Shown piece after piece: positions 52,452-61,538 of a stretch of DNA of 64,000 nt. How positions within the stretch are numbered: position 1 is the first letter of the stretch; every line of letters starts with the position of its first letter. The translations under genes and the position numbers were made by a program. This stretch comes from an uncultured Candidatus Rokubacteria bacterium (GTDB lineage Bacteria > Methylomirabilota > Methylomirabilia > Rokubacteriales > CSP1-6), in the NCBI GenBank assembly GCA_963754315.1, contig CAVWFS010000019.1, positions 384,001 through 448,000 on the forward strand. Reading direction: 5' to 3'. The notes under the pieces are model-generated. The model was not told the DNA's origin, did no database searches, and saw nothing but the letters and a program-made list of their open reading frames with translations.

Positions 52452-53240
52452 CTACAGGTGTTCCTGCGTGTGCTCATCGCTGTGGCCCTCGTGCCCCTCG
52501 GCGTGCTCGAGAGCGCCCGCGATGTAGAGCATGGTCAGCATCACGAAGATGAAGGCTTGGAGAAACGACACGAGGATCTTCAATGGGTAGAGGAACCCCA
52601 CCGTGAAGGCGATCATGATCAACCCGCCCAGCCCACCCACCAGCGCCCCTCCCACCGACCCGGACAGGGCCCAGCCGATGAGTCCGTCCAGCCCCATCAA
52701 GAAAAAAATGATCGCGAGGAGGATATGTCCGCCCGTCATGTTGCCGAACAGACGCAGGGAGAGCGATAGGGGCCGGGCCAGGTGACTGATGACCTCGATG
52801 GGCACCATGAGCGGCGCCAACCACACGACCGGTCCCATGAAGTGCCTGAGATAGGCCTTGAGGCCCTGGTTCTTGACCCCGATGTAGTGGTACGCGAAGA
52901 ACACCACGAGGGCGCAGGCGGCCGTTGTGTTGAGATTCCCTGTGGGTCGTTCCAGACCCGGCACGAGGCTCATCAGGTTGGCCAGCAGAATGAAGAGCCC
53001 CAGGGTGGCGATGAGGGGGAGATAACGCCGACCATCGTGCCCGATCACGTCGTCGATCAGCCCGTTGAACTGCTCGAGCACAACCTCCATGAAGTTCTGC
53101 ACACCGACGGGGACCAGGGAGGCGCGCCGGGTCGCCGCGTAGCTCACGGCCACCAGAATGATCATGGCCAGCCACGTATACGTGACGTGGTCGGGGATAC
53201 CGGGAAGGCTAAAGACAGGAGGATGCTCGATCGCGCCCAT
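52452..53240 (-). CDS. atpB: ATP synthase Fo subunit a
   Basis: PTGNLN, ARPLSLSLRLFGNM, LQAFIFVMLT..YI. Confidence 0.97.
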   Translation of the reverse strand: MGAIEHPPVFSLPGIPDHVTYTWLAMIILVAVSYAATRRASLVPVGVQNFMEVVLEQFNGLIDDVIGHDGRRYLPLIATLGLFILLANLMSLVPGLERPTGNLNTTAACALVVFFAYHYIGVKNQGLKAYLRHFMGPVVWLAPLMVPIEVISHLARPLSLSLRLFGNMTGGHILLAIIFFLMGLDGLIGWALSGSVGGALVGGLGGLIMIAFTVGFLYPLKILVSFLQAFIFVMLTMLYIAGALEHAEGHEGHSDEHTQEHL

Positions 53241-53241
53241 G

Positions 53242-53607
53242 TCAGCCTTGGCGGCTCGCCTCCGCCAGCCCGCATCTGATCAAGATGCACGGCAACAGGG
53301 TGAACCCGACGACGACTCCCAGCGGGTGTGCCCACTCGCTCGCCACCAGAGCCGCGATGGCGGCGGCCAACGCGGCAAACCGGACGCCGAAGCCGAAGGC
53401 CCATCCGACTACTGCCCCATCCGGGTGTCCAAGAACACCAACGACACGTCGGGAGAGCCACCGGAAATTCGCGATGGCCATCGCCCCGCCCGCGCATACG
53501 CCGGCCGCGGCCGCAACGCCGCCCGCCCATCCCGCGAGCAGGGTGAGGACCACCACGACGCAGCCCGTCTCGAACGTCACGCGCGACGTCAACTCAGTCG
53601 GGTTCAT
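53242..53607 (-). CDS. atpI: ATP synthase protein I-like membrane protein
   Basis: Four hydrophobic helices, ANF.WL motif, position upstream of atpB. Confidence 0.75.
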   Translation of the reverse strand: MNPTELTSRVTFETGCVVVVLTLLAGWAGGVAAAAGVCAGGAMAIANFRWLSRRVVGVLGHPDGAVVGWAFGFGVRFAALAAAIAALVASEWAHPLGVVVGFTLLPCILIRCGLAEASRQG

Positions 53608-53837
53608 CGATCATGCATTCTTCGTTCAGCCGCCTTGACGGAGCGATACATGCTCACGAAACCGGCCGCGATCCCGAAGGCGAGGCCGACCAACAAGAGC
53701 CACGGGCTCGTGCCGAGCCACTGATCGGCGTAGTAGCCAGCGACCATTCCGATCACTGTGGCGAGCACCAAGGTCATGCCAATCGAGCTAAGCTCGCCGA
53801 GCCCTGCCCAGGCCGACGGCTCCTTGGGCTCCGCCAT
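53604..53837 (-). CDS. AtpZ/AtpI-family small membrane protein
   Basis: GYYADQWLGTSPW.LLVG..FGIAAGF pattern. Confidence 0.85.
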   Translation of the reverse strand: MAEPKEPSAWAGLGELSSIGMTLVLATVIGMVAGYYADQWLGTSPWLLLVGLAFGIAAGFVSMYRSVKAAERRMHDR

Positions 53838-53847
53838 GTGAACAAAG

Positions 53848-53876
53848 ACACTAGCACAAGCCCATGGCGATCACAA
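53848..53876 (-). promoter_or_regulatory. Putative promoter of the Fo atp block
   Basis: TTGTGA-17 nt-TAGTGT with TG extension, 10 nt upstream of the ATG. Confidence 0.5.
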
Positions 53877-53944
53877 GGCCGGCATAAAGTACTGAAAAAG
53901 AAAGATTTATGAGGTCCCGGGGTCTGCACCGACAACGCACAAGC

Positions 53945-55660
53945 CTAGCCGAACATGCCCCCCATTCTGGTGCCCGCGATGCGGTTGACGACGAGCAGGC
54001 TCACCCCCGCCACAGCGACGAGGATGACTCCGAGCGCGGCGGCCTCGCTCGCGCTCCCGGCGATGTAGAACGAGAAGATGCCGACCGTGATGGTCTCCCA
54101 CCCTCCGAGGGACAGGAAGAGCACGGCCGAGGCCTCTTGCAGCGATGTCATGAAGGAAAAGAGGCCGCCCACCAATACCCCGCGCCAGATGAGCGGGAGG
54201 GTGACGTCGCCAAACGTGCGCAGGCCGGAGGCGCCGACGCTGGCGGCGGCCTCCTCCATTGAGCGATGCACCAGCAGGAGTGAGGCATAGGAGCCGCGCA
54301 CCGTGTAGGGTAACCGGCGAATCGCCAGCACGAGGGGCAAGATGATCCAGAAGCTCGTGAGCGGGCGCCCGAGGCCAGGCACGTCCACGTGGAAAGCCCG
54401 GATGTACGCGATTCCGATGGCGGTTCCCGGAATGGCCAAGATGAGCGTGTTCAGCGCGTCCAGGGTGCCCCGACCGGGCAGCCGCGTCCGGGCCAGAATC
54501 CAGGCAATGGGCACTCCGACCACGATGCACAGCAACACGGCCAGCAACGCATAGAGCAGGCTGTTCAGGATGTAGCGCGGGGTCTCGACGATCACCCGCT
54601 CGAAGTGCTGGAACGTGTAGTGGACGGGGAGCGGGGTGAGCGCCCACCCCTTGCCTACCGAGGCTAGCAGCACTCCCAGGTAAGGAAGGAACGCCAGCAG
54701 CATGACCACGCTCAGGAACGCGACGACCGCCGTCTGGGCGAGCGGCGATAGCCGTCGGCGGGCGATGCGCGAGTACGACAGGGACGAGTAGTCCTTGATG
54801 GCAACAAACTGTCGGGCGGCCACCAGGAACAGCACCGCCAACCCGACCATGATGGCGGAGATCACGATGCCCATGCGGAACAGCCGCCGGTCCACGAACT
54901 GCACGATGTTGAGGTAGGCCTGCGCGGCCAGGAGGTCATGCACGCCGAGCACGAGCGGCGTAGCAAAATCCGAGAAGGTCCAGATGAAGACGAGCAGCGC
55001 TCCCGCCACGTAGCCCGGTGTGGTGAGGGGCAAGGTGATGGTGCGGAGCTTTCGCCAGCCCCGCGCCCCCACACTCTCCGCCGCTTCCTCGAGGGCGGGA
55101 TCGATCTTGCCCAGCGCATCCACCACGTTGAGCGTGATCATCGGGAAGAGGTGGAGCGTTTGCACCAGCAGGACGCCGTGGACCCCGTACACGAAGTTGA
55201 GCGGCTTGGCGAGGTCGAAGGCGTCCATGAGGAGCACGTTGACGGTGCCCGCCCGGCCCAGGATGAAGGTGAACCCGAGCACGCCCACCAGCGGCGGCGA
55301 GACGATGGGAAGCAGAGTGAGGTAGCCGAACAGATCGCGACCACGAAAGTCACAGCGGACGAGCAAGAAGGCGATGGCGAAACCCAGCAGGGACGTGGTG
55401 GCCACCGTCCCCAGCCCTAGGACGAGCGAGTTCCACAGCGACCGTCGGTAGAAGCCGTCGCGCGCGAACTCCACAAAATTGGCGAGGGTGAGACGGCCCG
55501 CCTCATCACTGAAGGCGTCGTAGAAGACCCGGAGCAGCGGGTAGACGAGAAACACGGCCAGGAACAGCCAGATGGCGCCGACGCCGAGCGCCGGCAGCGC
55601 GGTGGCTGCCCGGAGCCGGGCGGGCGCGGCCGCCGGGGCCCCCGCCGCAAGGTCAGGCAT
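53945..55660 (-). CDS. ABC permease, FbpB/AfuB family (two fused TM domains)
   Basis: Two EAA loops (LEEAAESVGA, MEEAAASVGA). Confidence 0.9.
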   Translation of the reverse strand: MPDLAAGAPAAAPARLRAATALPALGVGAIWLFLAVFLVYPLLRVFYDAFSDEAGRLTLANFVEFARDGFYRRSLWNSLVLGLGTVATTSLLGFAIAFLLVRCDFRGRDLFGYLTLLPIVSPPLVGVLGFTFILGRAGTVNVLLMDAFDLAKPLNFVYGVHGVLLVQTLHLFPMITLNVVDALGKIDPALEEAAESVGARGWRKLRTITLPLTTPGYVAGALLVFIWTFSDFATPLVLGVHDLLAAQAYLNIVQFVDRRLFRMGIVISAIMVGLAVLFLVAARQFVAIKDYSSLSYSRIARRRLSPLAQTAVVAFLSVVMLLAFLPYLGVLLASVGKGWALTPLPVHYTFQHFERVIVETPRYILNSLLYALLAVLLCIVVGVPIAWILARTRLPGRGTLDALNTLILAIPGTAIGIAYIRAFHVDVPGLGRPLTSFWIILPLVLAIRRLPYTVRGSYASLLLVHRSMEEAAASVGASGLRTFGDVTLPLIWRGVLVGGLFSFMTSLQEASAVLFLSLGGWETITVGIFSFYIAGSASEAAALGVILVAVAGVSLLVVNRIAGTRMGGMFG

Positions 55661-56714
55661 CGGGCAGGGGCAGAACGACGGACGGCGGAAAGGTCAACGT
55701 CACCGTCTGACCGATGGGCAGTAGATCGTGATGCCAGGGGTCCCGCACGTCCACCTTGAGCACGGTGTCCCCCGCCGCCTGCACGTCGTAGCGGAGCGTG
55801 TTGCCGAGGTACGAGGCCAGCACGATGGTGCCGACCACGGCATTGACGTCCGGACTACCGAGCGCGATATTCTCGGGACGCACGGCCAGCACACAGCGGT
55901 CGCCTGGCCCGAGGCCGTTGCCGGCGCGCGTCTGCAGGCGGCCGAGGGGCGTCTCGACCTCGAGCCACTCACCGCGGCGATCCTGCGCGACACCAGGGAC
56001 GATGTTGTTGGTCCCCACGAAGTCGGCCACGAAGCGCGTGAGGGGCCGCTCGTAGAGCTCCTTGGGAGCCGCCACCTGCAGTACGTGCCCGTCGCGCATG
56101 ACGGCGACGCGATCGGAAAGCGACAGCGCCTCCTCCTGATCGTGGGTCACGTAGATCGTGGTGATCCCCAGCGACTGCTGAAGCGTGCGGATCTCCGTGC
56201 GTACCTGGACCCGAATCTTCGCGTCGAGATTGGAGAGCGGCTCGTCGAGCAGGAGAATGTCGGGGTTGAGAACGAGAGCACGGGCCAGGGCCACTCGCTG
56301 TTGCTGGCCGCCCGAGAGCTGTCCGGGATACCGGTCTTCCAATCCTTGTAGGTTGACCTTGGCCAGCCCCGCGCTCAAACGGTCGGCGATCACAGCTGAG
56401 GACAGGCGGCGCAGGCGAAGCCCGTACGTCACATTGCCGCGCACCGTCATATGCGGCCACAGGGCGTAGTTCTGGAAGACCATGCCGATGTTGCGTTCGT
56501 AGGGAGGCAAGGCATCGACCCGACGGGCGCCGAACCAGATCTCGCCGGCCTCCGGCATGGAGAACCCGGCCAGGAGCCTCAACAAGGTCGTCTTGCCGCA
56601 CCCCGACGGGCCGAGCAGGGTGAACAGCTCGCCGTCGGCGACGTCGAGGGACACGGCATCGACGGCGCGCACACTGCCGAAGCGCTTGGTCAGCGCCTGG
56701 ACGCGAATCCTCAG
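55653..56714 (-). CDS. ABC ATPase, FbpC/PotA family with TOBE domain
   Basis: GPSGCGKTT, LSGGQQQRVALARAL, DEPLSNLD, VTHDQEEA; start placed at CTG 56714 (first canonical start is GTG 56672). Confidence 0.9.
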   Translation of the reverse strand: MRIRVQALTKRFGSVRAVDAVSLDVADGELFTLLGPSGCGKTTLLRLLAGFSMPEAGEIWFGARRVDALPPYERNIGMVFQNYALWPHMTVRGNVTYGLRLRRLSSAVIADRLSAGLAKVNLQGLEDRYPGQLSGGQQQRVALARALVLNPDILLLDEPLSNLDAKIRVQVRTEIRTLQQSLGITTIYVTHDQEEALSLSDRVAVMRDGHVLQVAAPKELYERPLTRFVADFVGTNNIVPGVAQDRRGEWLEVETPLGRLQTRAGNGLGPGDRCVLAVRPENIALGSPDVNAVVGTIVLASYLGNTLRYDVQAAGDTVLKVDVRDPWHHDLLPIGQTVTLTFPPSVVLPLPDA

Positions 56715-57835
56715 GGTTTCTTCCAGACGGCCTCGATGTCCCCTCGAAACCGCGTCTTCAGCGCCTCCGACCGCTTGGCGGCCACGGCCTCGTCGTAGAC
56801 GTTCAAAACCTCACGGTCGAAGTACGACCGCACACCGCCCGTGAACTCCACCGCCATCTCGGCGGTGGATCCGGGCGCCCCCTGGACCTTGTACTTGGGG
56901 GTGATGGGAAAGAGGCCGCGATCCATGAACACGCGCTGCCCGCGCTCGCTCAGCAGGAACTCGATGAAGGCCCGGGCGGCCTTTGGATTGCGCGAGCCGG
57001 CCAGGATCGCCATGGGCTCGGGTGTCACGAACGAATAATCGGGGGCCACGAACTTGATATCGAACCCGGCCAGCTTCTCCTCGAAGGCCATATAGGACGG
57101 CACGGCAAACCCGGCCGCGAACTCACCCTTGGCCACGACGGTGGGAACGTCACGGCTTCGCGCCGTGAAGAACCCGGTGTTGTCGGCCAGCTTCTTCAGC
57201 CACTCCCACCCCTTGTCCTCGCCGTGGAGAGAGAGGATGACCTCGTACGTCGCGTTGGACGAGGAGGACCTGGTGGGCGCGCACTGGGCGACCTCACCCT
57301 TCAGCTTCGGATTGAGCAGGTCGTCCCACTTCACCAGCGCCGGTACCCCCAGTCGCTGGATCTTCTTGGGATTGAAGACGAGCCCATATGGCTCGAGGGC
57401 CGTGCCTACCCAGTAGCCATCCTTGTCCTTGAGGGGAATGGGTTTGGGCTTGCCGATCGAGGCCGGGATGGAATCCCAGGCCTCCCGGGAGATCTCGACC
57501 TTTTGCAGGAGCTTCTGCTCGGCAAGCTTTTCGAAGAGGGCGGACTCGCCTCCCCAGAAGATGTCGGCCTCGGGTCTGCCCTTCCACTCCACGATGCGTC
57601 CGTAGGCCACCGGAGTTCCCGCGGGAATGGCGCTGACCTTGAGGGTAACGTTCCATCGCTCCTTGGCGTACTCCGCGAAGGCCTTGAGTGCCGCGTCGTG
57701 GATGAACTTCGAAACGGGGGTGATGAGGGCCAACTCGTTCTCGATGGGAGCTTGGGCGCTAGCCAGACCAGTCATACCCACGGCCAGCATCAAGACCACG
57801 CCCAGCTGGGCAATCCAGCAGGACAACTTCCTCAT
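56711..57835 (-). CDS. ABC substrate-binding protein, FbpA/AfuA-like
   Basis: Signal peptide, PEADIFWGG, WDDLLNPKLKG, NPKAARAFIEFLLS..GQ; ATG 57835 with GAGGAG SD. Confidence 0.88.
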   Translation of the reverse strand: MRKLSCWIAQLGVVLMLAVGMTGLASAQAPIENELALITPVSKFIHDAALKAFAEYAKERWNVTLKVSAIPAGTPVAYGRIVEWKGRPEADIFWGGESALFEKLAEQKLLQKVEISREAWDSIPASIGKPKPIPLKDKDGYWVGTALEPYGLVFNPKKIQRLGVPALVKWDDLLNPKLKGEVAQCAPTRSSSSNATYEVILSLHGEDKGWEWLKKLADNTGFFTARSRDVPTVVAKGEFAAGFAVPSYMAFEEKLAGFDIKFVAPDYSFVTPEPMAILAGSRNPKAARAFIEFLLSERGQRVFMDRGLFPITPKYKVQGAPGSTAEMAVEFTGGVRSYFDREVLNVYDEAVAAKRSEALKTRFRGDIEAVWKKP

Positions 57836-57925
57836 GTTGTGTCTCCTCGTTGAGTGCTCGTCCGGCACCCGAGATGATCCTATTCGCTCACACTAGGGCC
57901 CCGCGGTCCGTTCGAGACCCTATTC

Positions 57926-58096
57926 GCACGCGTGTTACCGAGGGGCGCCCCGACCGCAGGGGAGCCTGGGGGTCCGTCGAGGCCCCACCGCACGCGTGTT
58001 CCCGAGGGGCGCCACGGGTCCCCCGGGGCGCCTCCGAGCGCGGGGGGGCCTGGGGGGGTCGTCGAGACCCCCCCTTATTTCGTCGAGGCCCCCCCA
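57926..58096. repeat. Palindromic repeat cluster of the same family as 45098-45541
   Basis: CGCGTGTT(A/C)CCGAGGGGCGCC twice; GAGGGGCGCCACGGGTCCCCCGGGGCGCCTCCGAGCGCGGGGGGG; CGTCGAG(G/A)CCCC three times. Confidence 0.85.
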
Positions 58097-58947
58097 TGTC
58101 TAACAGTCAGAGCGAGGTCGGGGCGGTCCGAGATGATGACATCCACGCGCGCCGCCATCGCCCGACGCAGGTCGGCCTCATCGTTCACGGTCCACGTCGC
58201 GAGCACGATGCCCGCCGCCCGCGCCGCCTCCACGACACCCTGATCGAGAACCCGATGGTCGATGCCGAGATGGGAGGCCCCGACCTCTTGCGCCCAGCGC
58301 ACGGCTTCACGGGCGGGAACGCGCTCCCGCTGCACCCGCGACTGTCCTACCAGGAGGGCGGTACGCATCGACGGCTCGAGGGCGCGGATCCGACGAACCG
58401 TCTCCCCCTCGAAGGCCATGATCACAGTCCGCTCGGCGACCCCATGAGCGCGCACCAGCGCGAGCACCTTTTCCTCGATGCCCCCATAGCGCTGGCGATC
58501 CGCGCCCACCTTGATTTCGAGCAACAGCCGAGCTCGGCTCGTGGCCAGCACGTCGAGCATCTGGGCCAAGGTGGGTATGGAATCAGCGGTCACCGCGCCG
58601 TCCCGCGCGCGCAGACGCAGCGAAGCGAGATCGGCGAGGCTTGCCTCGCTGAGGCGTCCCGTCCCCGTTGTCGTCCGCTCGAGGGTCGGATCGTGCAGGA
58701 TCACCACCTCGCCGTCACGGGTGAGATGAACGTCGGTCTCCAGAAAGTCGGCGCCGAGCGCGAGGGCGTTACGGAAGGCGGTCAGGCTGTTCTCTGGCCA
58801 CAAGAGTGCTCCGCCGCGATGGGCAGCCACCAGCGGGCCCGCTGTCTGGGCGGCAGCGAGCCCGCCGGCCGAGACCACCGCTGCCACGAGCCCGAGCAAC
58901 AGCCGCAGCCGCCGCTGTCGCCACGGGCTTGGCCGGCTGCCGGCCAT
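58075..58947 (-). CDS. Glycerophosphodiester phosphodiesterase with signal peptide
   Basis: [43 protein letters not shown]. Confidence 0.92.
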   Translation of the reverse strand: MAGSRPSPWRQRRLRLLLGLVAAVVSAGGLAAAQTAGPLVAAHRGGALLWPENSLTAFRNALALGADFLETDVHLTRDGEVVILHDPTLERTTTGTGRLSEASLADLASLRLRARDGAVTADSIPTLAQMLDVLATSRARLLLEIKVGADRQRYGGIEEKVLALVRAHGVAERTVIMAFEGETVRRIRALEPSMRTALLVGQSRVQRERVPAREAVRWAQEVGASHLGIDHRVLDQGVVEAARAAGIVLATWTVNDEADLRRAMAARVDVIISDRPDLALTVRHGGASTK

Positions 58948-59750
58948 CAGGCACCGCCCGGGGGGCGGGCAATGATGTCCGCCCGGTCCGTGATGATGAC
59001 GTCAACCCCGAGGCCTGCCAGCCGACGCATGTCTGCCTCGTCATTGACGGTGAACACCCCAATCCCGATGCCAGCCGTGTGCGCCGCCTCCACGACGGCC
59101 GCGTCGCACAGCGAATGGTGCAGCCCGAGATAGGTTACGCCCGCCGTGACCGCCCACCGCACGGCCTCGACCGGCCGCACACGAGCCTTCTCCACGTGAT
59201 GACGATCCACGAGCAAGACCGTACCTTGCCTGGGCGCGCGCGCACGGACCTCCGCCACCACGGCCGGGTTGAAGGCCATGAGCATCGAGCGTTCGCTCAC
59301 ACCGGCCGCCGCCAGTTCGTCCAGGATCATCTGCTCCAGCCCCTCGTAGCGTGGACCGGGGGTCACCCGCACCCCATCTTCCGACGGCACATATTGAACG
59401 GCCGGGCCCGGCGTCTTGATTTCCACCAGCAAGGCCACTCCGACGGGGGCGGCCAGCGCCAGTACCTCGGCCAGGGTCGGCACCCACTCCTGGGTAAGGG
59501 CGCCGCTCGTATCCCGCAGGCGCAGCGCGCGGAGCTCGGCGCTGGTGTGAGCCGCCACGGGGCCGGTGCCATTGGTGGTGCGGTCGAGGGTCGGGTCGTG
59601 GATCACCACCACGGTGCCGTCAGCAGCCTGGTGGACGTCCATCTCCAGCAGACGTGCCCCCGCCGCGATGGCGTTCTTGAAGGCGAGCAGGCTGTTCTCG
59701 GGCCAGAGGGCCGCACCGCCTCGGTGGGCGACGTAACGGGTTGGCGCCAT
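58947..59750 (-). CDS. Glycerophosphodiester phosphodiesterase, cytoplasmic (UgpQ-like)
   Basis: VAHRGG..WPENSL, EMDVH, LVEIK, FTVND, IITDR. Confidence 0.92.
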   Translation of the reverse strand: MAPTRYVAHRGGAALWPENSLLAFKNAIAAGARLLEMDVHQAADGTVVVIHDPTLDRTTNGTGPVAAHTSAELRALRLRDTSGALTQEWVPTLAEVLALAAPVGVALLVEIKTPGPAVQYVPSEDGVRVTPGPRYEGLEQMILDELAAAGVSERSMLMAFNPAVVAEVRARAPRQGTVLLVDRHHVEKARVRPVEAVRWAVTAGVTYLGLHHSLCDAAVVEAAHTAGIGIGVFTVNDEADMRRLAGLGVDVIITDRADIIARPPGGA

Positions 59751-59751
59751 C

Positions 59752-60645
59752 TTACTTGTCGCTCTCGAGGAGGCCCTTCACGAACCAGCGCTGCATGAGC
59801 AAGATCACAAGCACAGGCGGGAGCAGCGCCATGATGGCGGCCGCCATCATGATGTTCCACTCGGGCACATGGGTGCCTGTGCGGGGAATGAGATCTTGCA
59901 GCCCGATGACCACCATCCGCATCGCCTCCGTGTTGGTGATCATCAGCGGCCACAGGTACTGGTTCCATCCGTAGATGAATAGCACCACGAACAGGGCGGC
60001 GATGTTGGTCCAGGACAGCGGGAGCAGGAACGACCACAGAAACCTGAGAGGACCCGCCCCGTCGATCTGGGCCGCCTCTGCCAGTTCGTTGGGCACCGTC
60101 TGGTAGAACTGCCGGAACAGGAAGGTGGCGGTGGCCGAGGCCATGAGGGGCACCGTGAGGCCCCAATAGGTGTTGAGCCATCCAAGGTTCCCGATCACCT
60201 CGAACGTCGACATGATGCGCACTTCGACGGGCAGCATCAAGGTGATGAGGATCATCCAGAACACCAGCGATTTTCCCCGGAAGTCGAAGTACACGATGGC
60301 GAAGGCGGACAGGAGCGAGATCGCGATCTTGCCCACCGCGGACACGACCGCCACCACCCCGCTATTCCAGAGCAGGCGCTCCATGTGCGACCGTCGCCAC
60401 GCTTCGCCATAGTTCGTCAGGGCATGGCTTGACGGGGTCAGGAGCGGGGGGCGGGCCAGGACCTCCTCCACCGTCTGGGTGGAGATGACCAGCGCGTAGT
60501 AGAGGGGAAAAGCGATGATGGCGACGCAGGCGAGGAGCATCAGATGAACGACGACCCGCCCCCAGGGGACCGGCCGTCGCTGGGCAGCCACGGTGCGCGG
60601 CAGGGTGTCGGCCCGCGAGCGGGCCAGCGTCGCGTCGGCACTCAA
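59752..60645 (-). CDS. ugpE: sn-glycerol-3-phosphate ABC permease UgpE
   Basis: TLMLPVEVRI, ASATATFLFRQF, FIYGWNQYLWP, MQRWFVKGL; TTG 60645 overlaps ugpA stop. Confidence 0.92.
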   Translation of the reverse strand: MSADATLARSRADTLPRTVAAQRRPVPWGRVVVHLMLLACVAIIAFPLYYALVISTQTVEEVLARPPLLTPSSHALTNYGEAWRRSHMERLLWNSGVVAVVSAVGKIAISLLSAFAIVYFDFRGKSLVFWMILITLMLPVEVRIMSTFEVIGNLGWLNTYWGLTVPLMASATATFLFRQFYQTVPNELAEAAQIDGAGPLRFLWSFLLPLSWTNIAALFVVLFIYGWNQYLWPLMITNTEAMRMVVIGLQDLIPRTGTHVPEWNIMMAAAIMALLPPVLVILLMQRWFVKGLLESDK

Positions 60646-61523
60646 TAGGTGACTCGTCGCTCCAGGAAGCGGAACTGCAGCGCGGTCAGGGTGATCACGA
60701 TGATCATGAGGATAACCGACTGGGCCGCCGAGGAGCCGAGGTTCAGCCCGATGAAGCCGTCCTTCCAGACCTTGTAGACGAGGATCTCGGTGGCCCTCCC
60801 CGGTCCGCCCTGGGTGACGGCGTGGATGACGCCAAAGGAGCCGAAGAAAGCAAAGATCAGGTTCACCACCATCAGATAGAAGGTGATCGGCGAGAGCAGG
60901 GGCAGCACGATCGATACGAATCGGCGGATCGATCCGGCACCGTCCACGCTGGCCGCCTCCAGCACCGACGTCGGGATGGCCAGCAACCCTGCCAGAAAGA
61001 ACGCGATGTTGTACCCCACCACGGTCCACGCGGTGGCTACGATGACCAGCAGCATGGCCACCCAGCCCTTGAGCAGCCAGTTGAAATCGTAGGAGGTGAC
61101 GAACGAGAGCCAGTACGGCAGCACGCCGTAGGAGGGGTGGAACATGAAGAGGAAGATGATGCCGGCGACGGGCGCGGCGATGCCGTACGGCCACAGCACG
61201 GCCGTCCGATAGGCGGTCAATCCCCGGATGTTCTGGGTGGCGAGCGCCGCCACGAAGAGGCCCCCGCCCACCGCGAGAGCCGTCACCCCGAAGCCAAAGA
61301 TGAAGCTGACCAGGATGGAGTGGTAGTACTCCGGGGACGCCAGGAGCTTGGCGAAGTTCTCCAGACCCACGAAGTACGACTTGTCGCCGAAGGGTGAGGT
61401 TCGGTAGACGCTCAAACGCACCGACTCAAAGGCGGGCCAGATGAAGAACACGATGGTCACCGCCACCTGCGGCAACACCAGCAGGTAGGGTAACCCCCGG
61501 TGTCGAAAAACCGTCCGCTTCAT
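60642..61523 (-). CDS. ugpA: sn-glycerol-3-phosphate ABC permease UgpA
   Basis: LPYLLVLPQ, PLLSPITF, TQGGPG.ATEILVYK, GSSAAQSVIL. Confidence 0.92.
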   Translation of the reverse strand: MKRTVFRHRGLPYLLVLPQVAVTIVFFIWPAFESVRLSVYRTSPFGDKSYFVGLENFAKLLASPEYYHSILVSFIFGFGVTALAVGGGLFVAALATQNIRGLTAYRTAVLWPYGIAAPVAGIIFLFMFHPSYGVLPYWLSFVTSYDFNWLLKGWVAMLLVIVATAWTVVGYNIAFFLAGLLAIPTSVLEAASVDGAGSIRRFVSIVLPLLSPITFYLMVVNLIFAFFGSFGVIHAVTQGGPGRATEILVYKVWKDGFIGLNLGSSAAQSVILMIIVITLTALQFRFLERRVTY

Positions 61524-61538
61524 CGAGGATGACGGCCG

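Noticed and set aside
53883..53911. dif-like or att-like AT-rich inverted repeat
   Set aside because: Arm spacing (17 nt) does not fit the XerCD 11-6-11 layout, and no integrase is nearby
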